Notes under the pieces: model-generated
The model's input: the letters and a program-made list of their open reading frames with translations, nothing else
Told to the model about the DNA's origin: nothing
Databases searched by the model: none
Made by a program: the position numbers and the translations under genes
Assembly (NCBI GenBank): GCA_002269645.1
Contig: NIVC01000521.1
Location: forward strand, 310,001 to 374,000
Direction of reading: 5' to 3'
DNA length: 64,000 nt
From: Macrostomum lignano
Lineage: Eukaryota
Part shown: piece by piece, positions 24,845 to 35,175 of the stretch
How the letters are laid out: every line of letters starts with the position of its first letter
Position numbering within the stretch: position 1 is the first letter of the stretch

Positions 24845-27800
24845 TTGTGGGACGATGAGCCAGTAAGTAGTATAGAAAAAAAGGCGAGCGAAGCGAGAAT
24901 TTTTTTCTATACTGCTTACTTTTGCGAAATCGTCCCTGATAAGATGTAACGTGGTTGCACACACTAAAAATGACGTTTTTCAACTTTTAAACGCTGCCAA
25001 TAAAAAACGGTACGACCAATTTACAAACGGTTTTTGCCAAAATGTGTCAAAGACCTAGCGCTATCGGATGCACAATAGTTGGTTGCCATGGCAATGCGTT
25101 TTGGTTGCCATGGCAACCAAAAACTGCGTTTTTTCGACTTTGTCAAAAACTTTGATCTCAAAAAATAAGGATTGAGAATATGGCAGCGCTTAGCGGGCTG
25201 GCTCAGTAAACGCGGGCATTCGAACGCTACAATGATCAGAAATGGATTTTTTTATTGTACTTTAACGTCTAGGCTAAAAGTACAAAAAACGTGTTTTTTG
25301 AGGTCGAAAAATTGGCATTTTTTCCAACTTTGCCTCACCGCAGCGAAAAGGACGCGCGATAGCGCGGCCTTTGAGCTGCCTCATAGCGTCAATAACACCT
25401 GGGGCTGTTTGATGCGCTATAGTTTTTAGGGCTAAAATGTACTTTTCACATGGCTGCCTATCTGCACTTTAAAAGTACAAATTTTTAGTGCACTTTTGTG
25501 AGGCCTATCTCGTCGAGATTAAAAACTTTATTTTTTAATATTTCTACACCAAATTACTCAAATAGATGTCTTCTATTCGGAAACATCGAGATTTGGCTTA
25601 TTGGGCCATCAATAACCTGCCCAGGTGCCAAAGAGTGCCTAAAAACGACATTTTCAAAAAATTGGGTCACGTTTTAAAAAAGTAGTCCTCAAACTTGAAA
25701 AAGTGTTTTATGCTACAGTGGTGAGACTTTAACACGATGTGTCAAACATATGGAAATTTGTTTTCCTAAATTTTCTAAGCATTTGGACCTACCTGTGCTG
25801 AGCAGTGACCCGAAAACCAGGGAAAAAAGAGGCCGGGGGGCACTGCAGAAAATCAGACGTTGTTAAGGAAATTTTTTTAAAATGGGGCAAAGTTTTTCGA
25901 GTATGGCGTCAAATTGTAGCCATCGGATGCCCTTTTGAATGACATAAGACACTCCTGAAAAAACCCCTGTTAACAGGTACTTTTTACCTGTTAAGTGAAA
26001 AACGGCCCATTTTGGGGTACAAACTTTGAAGTGGAAAAATAAGAAATTTTGCGCACCGATTTTTCTGCATTTTCAATATTGTTTAGTCGAATAGATGAAG
26101 TTACACCGGTCATACGCCAATATGGCTGGAAAATTCGTATTTTTGAGAAAATTGGCTCCGAATTTTGAGAAGGCTATTTTTGGGCAAATTTTGAGCATAC
26201 TTTTGCTAATAACTCTGCATTGGCAAGGCCTAGAGACTCAATTTTGGTGTCTAAAAACAGCACTATGGATGCACTGTGCAACTAAATTAGTTTTGAAAAC
26301 TGATTCTTAAGTTAATAGGTCTTAATACCTGTTTGAATACCTGTCAGAACAGGTGAAAATGCACAATTTGGCGCCTAGGAGGCGTAAAATTTGTTGACAT
26401 ACTTTAAAAATGCATTAGATGAATGCGCCTTGATGTTATCTCTGTAACGACATGCGACTCGCATTTTTAGATGAAGGCGCTGCGATGCAGCGAGCAGAAA
26501 TGTATGAAAAAGCAGCAAAAATCGTAAAAGTGGCTACCATAGGGAATATTCGATATAAACGGCGTGCACTGTAGAGCTTCGCTTAAGTAAGAGATGGATC
26601 GGGGCCGAAGGCAGTTGCTTTGTAAATGGCCTAAACACGGGTTCGAATCCCAAGTGGGCCAAGTTTTTTTTATATTTAATTTTTTAGCAGGAACGGATTT
26701 ATTAGTATTTTCAATTCTCTTTCACTTGAATATAATTTAATATTGATTGTTTAATTTTCCTTTCCTTCTATACCTTATTAAAGAGTAAGAGTGAAGCTGA
26801 AAGTGCGGCACAGATGATTTGTTAGTGCAGAAAGAATATTACGATACATATCGGCAAGTATCATGTGTTGCGCGGTCGCCAAAGGCTTACAAGCAGTTTT
26901 AGCATGCTAAAAAGATGTGTTAGAGGTGGGAAAAGTTGCGGAGGGGTGGGGTGGGGGAGCGGGGGTGTGGGGGCGGCAGCCCCCACGTTACGCAAACCCC
27001 ACAACAACAACCACCCTCCCCAACAACAATGTGCGGGAGGGGTGGGGGAGCGGGGGTGTGGGGGCGGCAGCCCCCACGTTACGCAAACCCCACAACAACA
27101 ACCACCCTCCCAACAACAACGCGCGGGAGGGGTGGGGGAGCGGGGGTGTGGGGGCGGCAGCCCCCACGTTACGCAAACCCCACAACAACAACCACCCTCC
27201 CCAACAACAACGCGCGGGAGGGGTGGGGGAGCGGGGGTGTGGGGGCGGCCAGCCCTCCACTATACCACTAGACAAACTAATGCCAGGGGCGTGGGGGCGG
27301 CCAACTCCCCACTATACCACTAGAGAAACTAATGCCAGGGGTGTGGGGGGCGGCCAGCCCCCCACTATACCACTAGACTAACTAATGCCAGTGGCGTGGG
27401 GGCGGCCAGCCCCCCACTATACCACTAGACTAACTAATGCCAGGGGCGTGGGGGCGGCCAGCCCCCCACTATACCACTAGAGAAACTAATGCCAGGGGCG
27501 TGGGGGGCGGCCAGCCCCCCACTATACCACTAGACTAATAAATGCCAGGGGCGTGGGGGGCGGCCAGCCCCCTACTATACCACTAGACTAACTAATGCCA
27601 GGGGCGTGGGGGGCGGCCAGCCCCCACTATACCACTAGACTAACTAATGCCAGGGGCGTGGGGGCGGCCAGCCCCCACTATACCACTAGACTAACTAATG
27701 CCAGGGGCGTGGGGGTGGCCAGCCCCCACTATACCACTAGACTAACTAATGCCAGGGGCGTGGGGGGCGGCAAGCCCCCACTATACCACTTAGACTAACT

Positions 27801-30800
27801 AATGCCAGGGGCGTGGGGGCGGCCAGCCCCCACTATACCACTAGACTAACTAATGCCAGGGGCGTGGGGGCGGCCAGCCCCCACTATACCACTAGACTAA
27901 CTAATGCCAGGGGCGTGGGGGCGGCCAGCCCCCTACTATACCACTAGACTAACTAATGCCAGGTGTGGGGGGCGGCCAGCCCCCACTATACCACTATACC
28001 ACTAGACTAACTAATGCCAGGGGCGTGGGGGGCGGCCAGCCCCCACTATACCACTTAGACTAACTAATGCCAGGGGCGTGGGGGCGGCGAGCCCCCCACT
28101 ATACCACTAGACTAATAAATGCCAGGGGCGTGGGGGCGGCCAGCCCCCACTATACCACTAGACTAACTAATGCCAGGGGCGTGGGGGTGGCCAGCCCCCA
28201 CTATACCACTAGACTAACTAATGCCAGGGGCGTGGGGGGCGGCCAGCCCCCCACTATACCACTTAGACTAACTAATGCCAGGGGCGTGGGGGCGGCCAGC
28301 CCCCACTATACCACTAGACTAACTAATGCCAGGGGCGTGGGGGGCGGCCAGCCCCCACTATACCACTAGAAACTAATGCCAGGGGCGTGGGGGCGGCCAG
28401 CCCCCACTATACCACTTAGACTAACTAATGCCAGGGGCGTGGGGGCGGCCAGCCCCCCACTATACCACTAGACTAACTAATGCCAGGGCGTGGGGGCGGC
28501 CAGCCCCCCACTATACCACTAGACTAACTAATGCCAGGGGCGTGGGGGGCGGCCAGCCCCCCACTATACCACTAGACTAACTAATGCCAGGGGCGTGGGG
28601 GCCAGCCCCCCACTATACCACTAGACTAACTAATGCCAGGGGCGTGGGGGGCGGCCAGCCCCCACTATACCACTAGACTAACTAATGCCAGGGGCGTGGG
28701 GGCGGCCAGCCCCCCACTATACCACTAGACTAACTAATGCCAGGGGCGTGGGGGCGGCTAGCCCCCCACTATACCACTAGACTAATAAATGCCAGGGGCG
28801 TGGGGGCGGCCAGCCCCCTACTATACCACTAGACTAACTAATGCCAGGGGCGTGGGGGCGGCCAGCCCCCACTATACCACTAGACTAACTAATGCCAGGG
28901 GCGTGGGGGCGGCTAGCCCCCCACTATACCACTATACCACTAGACTAACTAATGCCAGGGGCGTGGGGGCGGCCAGCCCCCACTATACCACTAGACTAAC
29001 TAATGCCAGGGGCGTGGGGGCGGCAGCCCCCCTATACCACTTAGACTAACTAATGCCAGGGGCGTGGGGGCGGCCAGCCCCCCACTATACCACTAGACTA
29101 ACTAATGCCAGGGGCGTGGGGGGCGGCCAGCCCCCCACTATACCACTAGACTAACTAATGCCAGGGGCGTGGGGGCGGCCAGCCCCCACTATACCACTAG
29201 ACTAACTAATGCCAGGGGCGTGGGGGGCGGCCAGCCCCCCACTATACCACTAGACTAACTAATGCCAGGGGCGTGGGGGCGGCAAGCCCCCACTATACCA
29301 CTTAGACTAACTAATGCCAGGGGCGTGGGGGCGGCCAGCCCCCCACTATACCACTAGACTAACTAATGCCAGGGGCGTGGGGGCGGCCAGCCCCCCACTA
29401 TACCACTAGACTAACTAATGCCAGGGGCGTGGGGGCGGCCAGCCCCCTACTATACCACTAGACTAACTAATGCCAGGTGTGTGGGGGGCGGCCAGCCCCC
29501 ACTATACCACTATACCACTAGACTAACTAATGCCAGGGCGTGGGGGCGGCCAGCCCCCCACTATACCACTTAGACTAACTAATGCCAGGGGCGTGGGGGC
29601 GGCGAGCCCCCCACTATACCACTAGACTAATAAATGCCAGGGGCGTGGGGGGCGGCCAGCCCCCCACTATACCACTAGACTAACTAATGCCAGGGGCGTG
29701 GGGGTGGCCAGCCCCCCACTATACCACTAGACTAACTAATGCCAGGGGCGTGGGGGCGGCCAGCCCCCCACTATACCACTTAGACTAACTAATGCCAGGG
29801 GCGTGGGGGCGGCCAGCCCCCACTATACCACTAGACTAACTAATGCCAGGGGCGTGGGGGGCGGCCAGCCCCCCACTATACCACTAGACTAACTAATGCC
29901 AGGGGCGTGGGGGGGCCAGCCCCCCACTATACCACTTAGACTAACTAATGCCAGGGGCGTGGGGGCGGCCAGCCCCCCACTATACCACTAGACTAACTAA
30001 TGCCAGGGGCGTGGGGGGCGGCCAGCCCCCACTATACCACTAGACTAACTAATGCCAGGGGAGTGGGGGGCGGCCAGCCCCCACTATACCACTAGACTAA
30101 CTAATGCCAGGGGCGTGGGGGTGGCCAGCCCCCTACTATACCACTAGACTAACTAATGCCAGGGGCGTGGGGATGGCCAGCCCCCACTATACCACTAGAC
30201 TAACTAATGCCAGGGGCGTGGGGGCGGCCAGCCCCCCACTATACCACTAGACTAACTAATGCCAGGGGCGTGGGGGCGGCCAGCCCCCCACTATACCACT
30301 AGACTAACTAATGCCAGGGGCGTGGGGGCGGCTAGCCCCCCACTATACCACTATACCACTAGACTAACTAATGCCAGGGGCGTGGGGGGCGGCCAGCCCC
30401 CCACTATACCACTAGACTAACTAATGCCAGGGGCGTGGGGGGCGGCCAGCCCCCACTATACCACTAGACTAACTAATGCCAGGGGCGTGGGGGCGGCCAG
30501 CCCCCCACTATACCACTAGACTAACTAATGCCAGGGGCGTGGGGGCGGCCAGCCACCCACTATACCACTAGACTAACTAATGCCAGGGGCGTGGGGGTGG
30601 CCAGCCCCCCACTATACCACTTAGACTAACTAATGCCAGGGGCGTGGGGGGCGGCGAGCCCCCCACTATACCACTAGACTAATAAATGCCAGGGGCGTGG
30701 GGGCGGCCAGCCCCCCACTATACCACTAGACTAACAAATGCCAGGGGCGTGGGGGGCGGCCAGCCCCCACTTTACCACTAGACTAACTAATGCCAGGGGC

Positions 30801-31026
30801 GTGGGGGGCGGCCAGCCCCCACTATACCACTAGACTAACTAATGCCAGGGGCGTGGGGGGCGGCCAGTCCCCCACTATACCACTAGACTAACTAATGCCA
30901 GGAGCGTGGGGGGCTTTTTAGCTCTCAATTTAGGTTAAATAAATAGATGTCATAGCCATAAACAATAATGGACACAATATAAACCATCGTCCCACCTTTG
31001 AAGACGACAGCGTCTTCATTCACTAG
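24845..31026 (+). mobile_element. Non-autonomous rolling-circle element unit B (6182 bp)
   Basis: Starts TT+GTGGGACGATG (24845-24857); 5' arm nearly identical to unit A. Ends with CATCGTCCCAC 30985-30995, hairpin 30999-31018, CTAG 31023-31026, followed by host T at 31027 and unrelated AT-rich sequence. Confidence 0.9.
27249..30913 (+). repeat. 51-53 bp satellite array B (~70 copies)
   Basis: Same unit as array A with a different set of variants; copy number estimated from length/period. Confidence 0.97.
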
Positions 31027-31900
31027 TGTATAGTCTAAACTATTTTAGCTAGCTGACTAAGATGCAAAATTATACTTTTAGTTGCCTTCAAACTTGCCTT
31101 GCTCTATCTTTTTTTTCTTTACTATGCTTTTCCCTATCATACTATGCTGTTTTACTGCTAAATTGCACTATACCATTCCATACTACTAGATATACTATAC
31201 TATATTGTATTGTTACTAGGCTGCTATATGCTAGATATATCAAAACTGCCTATGTATATACACTGCAATTGTGCTTAAATCTTATTTGTGCTTTTAAATT
31301 AATGTTAAAATATCTTGTTCAATGACTAGGAACTAAGACTTTTATCTCCCTTAGCAAAAATGATCTATAGTGCCTAATCATATTAATATTATTGATTTTG
31401 GATATTGAAGTTCTGGCTTATGATCCCATAAAAAATACATCAACTATTCTAACTATGTTAAGCTATTCATGGCCACACTAGTTTGAAACTAAAATAGTGT
31501 CAAAGCTTATTGCCCAAAATAGTTATATAGATTGATGATATTAGCCCCCTTAGTATGTTATCTATGGCATAAGTTTTTTATATTCTATTTATAAAGGCTC
31601 AATAATTTAGTTTTATTGTCAACTCAAAAGTAAAAAAAGGCTAATGAACTAGCATAATTCTAACTAATATATCACTTTTAAATAAATTAATTCAGTATAA
31701 TAATTTTCAATAACTTATACAATTGTCCCTCATACATGCCCAACCTCAAAATTTCACCCATCCAGTGCGACTTAGTTTTGTCCAGATTTGCAACTTACCT
31801 ATGCACTACCACACTGAAGGACCAGGGGGGGGGACACGCCTCATGCCTGCTTGTGCTTATTGAAAAATGGAAGTACCTCATTTTTCCCCTTCTGACTATA

Positions 31901-33191
31901 TGAAGGCTGAGCAATAAGTTTCCGGATGTGCCCAGACAGAAATAGTTAGAGAGAAAAAAACAGCTACATCTTTTCAAAGTACTCTCCAGCAGATTCGATG
32001 CAAATTTTCATGCGCTCAAACCACTTGCTGAAGCAGCTGGACCAATCTGAAGCAGGCACCTCCTCCACATGCCGGATGAAGGCCTCCACTGCAGCTTCTG
32101 GTGATCCATAGCGGATTCCACGCATCTTGCGCTTGATTTGTGGAAACACAAAAAAGTCGCAGGGGGCCAGGTCGGGGCTGTAGGGTGGATGACCGAGCTC
32201 TTGAATGCGCTGTCCGGCCAGGAACTCCGCCACCTGTCGAGCCTTGTGGACCGGGGCGTTGTTATGATGAAGAAGGATGCCCCAAGCTCGAGTCCTTGGG
32301 CGACGCCTGGAGATAGCGCTCAGCACTCCAGTCACCAGTGACTGTGCCCTGCTGCACAGTGGAACTGTGGCCAGATGACCAGTTTTCGCCACAAAAACAG
32401 CCACCATCTGCTTCGCCACGCTGCACTCTCGCCGAAGCTTGGATGGTGGGGTGCTGCCAACTGGAGTCCACTGGGCCGACTGCTGCTTAGTCTCCGGGTC
32501 GAAACTATACTATAGATCCAGGACTCGTCACCACTGACGATATCCCAGACCGAGTTTGAGCTGCCTCCATTGAATTTGTCAAGCATGGTGCGGCACCAGG
32601 TCACCCGAGCCTCCTTCTGCTCCGGAGCCAGCTGATGAGGCACCCAGCGTGCAGAAATCTTGCTCAGGTTGAGCTGTGAATGCAGGATCGTCCTGATGGA
32701 TCCTGGTGAGATACCCATCTCTGCCTCTATTTGGGCCACAGTCACTTGGGCATCATCCTCAACCATGGCCCAGACAGCAGCAACATTATCCTCAGTTGCT
32801 GCGGAGACAGACCGGCCGCTGCGCTCTTCATCATCCAGACTCTGCCTGCCGCGTCGAAATTCGGCAAACCAGTCAAAATCGGTGGATCTAGAAGGTTCTT
32901 CATCCACAAAAGCTCCTTGCAATCGCTCAAGACTTTTTTTGCTGCCGCAAACCACTTTTAAAATCGTAATAAATCATTGCTCTAAAATGACTCCTATTGA
33001 GCTCCATTGTGAATTTGATAGATAGGGTGGGTATGCTAGCTTGGTTTGGGTGCTGCACTGGCTATATATCACCAGTGTGTCTGAAACTATACAAACATTG
33101 TACTTATATAATGTACTTGACACCTATGGTGTCAGATTTTGTCAGCCGCCTCTCAACTATGCACACCCAGAAACTTATTGCTCAGCCCTCG
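31901..33191 (-). mobile_element. Mariner (Tc1/mariner) transposon, 1291 bp, inactive
   Basis: 31-bp TIRs (27/31 identical) 31901-31931 / 33161-33191, TA duplications at 31899-31900 and 33192-33193. Confidence 0.95.
31964..33007 (-). pseudogene. Mariner transposase pseudogene
   Basis: ATG at 33007 (MELNRSHFRAMIYYDF); WVPHQL, GDESWIY and HPPYSPDLAPCDF motifs; frameshifts near 32940 and 32510; second catalytic Asp changed (HHNNAP instead of HHDNAP). Confidence 0.92.
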
Positions 33192-35175
33192 TATACTGAA
33201 TCCTGCACGTGAATGATAAAAAAGGCCATGAAGACTATTCTATCAATCGGTGTCCCCTTTCTGCAGCTGAAGAGCAAAATCCATTGCTTTTACACATGGA
33301 AACTTGGTCGTATAACTCCTGGAGAAGTTAATGATTGTTCTGGTATGCATTGGATATTAGAATAAAATTTACCAGCAATCTTAAGTGCAGCCCGGGAATC
33401 AGGTGATTGTGCAGCTGCAGCACATTCAAGAGAACTAGAAGCACCACCATCCCAATGTTCAGCAAGCTCACACAGAGAGGGACTGTTTATGGCGGTGCAA
33501 AATCCAGAGGTTGTTGCTTCTAATAGAGATCTATCTGTGCAGAATGCAAAAATTGAGATTCATGGTGCAGATGCAACAAGCCACGCATATTGCTTTTCTC
33601 AAATAATTTCAAGTGAAAGAGGAGCTGTTTTTGAAATGAATGAAGAAACTAGACATCTTGAGACAAAATTTTTACGATGGCGCAATGCTCATGCTGAATC
33701 TACTGCTATAGAATCTTGCCCATCAACTGATGCTGATACTGAAGCGCAGATCCAATGACCACATACAGCCATTCATTTGGACTCAGATTCGGAGGCTGAG
33801 ACTGATGGCCAAAGAAGTGAGAGTCCTCTAAGAAAAAGATATATAGTTATACAAACAGTTACAAATAGTTACCTAATGATATATTTCCCGATGCTTGAGA
33901 AGAGCAATCCAATAATTTACTTCTATAGATTTAAGCAACTGTCACAGAAACAAGACAAAGCATGATATGCTGAAAGATTTATTTTTTTCTTCTCTTTCTC
34001 TTTCTCTCTCCTCTTTCCCCCCTCTCTCTCTTCTTCCTCCTTTCTTTTCCTTTCTCTTCCTCTCCTTCCTTTTTCCCCCAATTTTTCGTTTTTCCCATTT
34101 TCAATTTTGCGACTTACCTCGGCCGGCGGACATTTCACCCGTCCAGTTCGGACAGGTCAGACGGGTGTTGGGCATGTATGTTGTCCCTTATAATTATGAA
34201 CATTTTTTTACTTATTTTATTAGCCTTTTAAATTTTTTAAAACTGTATGAGCTACAAGTATCAAGTGCATTTATAATTCACTTCATGTCCCCCTTCAAAT
34301 GGGAGCATTTGTTATTTAGCAAATGTAAATGTAGCTATGCAAATGTAGCTAGTACATTTTTGCTACTATGTATATGCTATGTGTTTGAAATAATTGGGGC
34401 TGAAGACTAAAGTTAAGATGAATATTTTCACTTCCAATGCAAGGAACTCTCAAGTCCCTAGGGTCAGAGACTCCAGAAGTAGAAATTTTCTATGCCATAT
34501 GCACATGGTATGGTTAGGGTGGTAGGGTAAAGTTAGGAATCCTTAGAAAACTTAGGATAAATGCAGTCCATCCGCAATGTCTTCTTGTACAACAGGTCTA
34601 GCTGAGTGTTGGTTCAGTCACTTCCAAGTACTGAGCATCTAAAAAGGGGATGAGTAGCTTGTATTGAGTAACAAGTACTTTTCAAGTCTTTTATACACCA
34701 TATATTGCACAAATACAATACAATAAACAAAATCAAAAAGTTTACTAAGCTGTATAGCTATTTTTTTAATCTTCAACTTCACAGGAAAAATCTCTTCTTT
34801 TGAAAGTAGATTTCCTGCCTTTTCTAAGGAAGAAAAACTGTGAAATTTACTTTTGGAAGTTTCAATTCTTTTGACATCAAAACTTGTTGCAAATTGATTA
34901 TAATTAATTACTCATCTAATACTCGTCAAAACTCGATTATAAACAAGCACCAAGTATCCCAAGTACCTAGTACTGAGTACAGGTGAAGGTCTTCTTGTGG
35001 AATTTAAACACATTTAGAAGCTCAATACATGTGCGTATATACAACAACAACAACAAATATAAAAGTTCATTGAGAACATTTTTACAACTAAAACCCCGCG
35101 CACTTTACAGCAGTTCAATAGCGCTATTCAGAGCCTGCTCAACTAAATAATAATAACAGTAATAATAATATCCAA

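Larger units (their letters stand above)
31731..34180. mobile_element. Non-autonomous hAT-type DNA transposon (carries a nested mariner)
   Basis: Perfect 14-bp TIRs CATACATGCCCAAC (31731-31744) / GTTGGGCATGTATG (34167-34180) and perfect 8-bp TSD TTGTCCCT (31723-31730; 34181-34188). An 8-bp TSD with CA-starting TIR is typical of hAT. Confidence 0.85.

Noticed and set aside
21205-29049. Many MPGAWG.../TNARGVG... ORFs
   Set aside because: Translations of the 51-53 bp satellite; frame depends on homopolymer length.
21411-30913. CRISPR-like array
   Set aside because: Monomers are contiguous with no unique spacers, there are no cas genes, and the context is eukaryotic.
33489-33965. Short acidic ORFs inside the hAT element
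   Set aside because: May be transposase C-terminal remnants, but no hAT motif was recognisable.
33967-34410. Hydrophobic 147-aa ORF (also 46890-47105 and 50081-50386)
   Set aside because: Translations of CT/GA low-complexity tracts.
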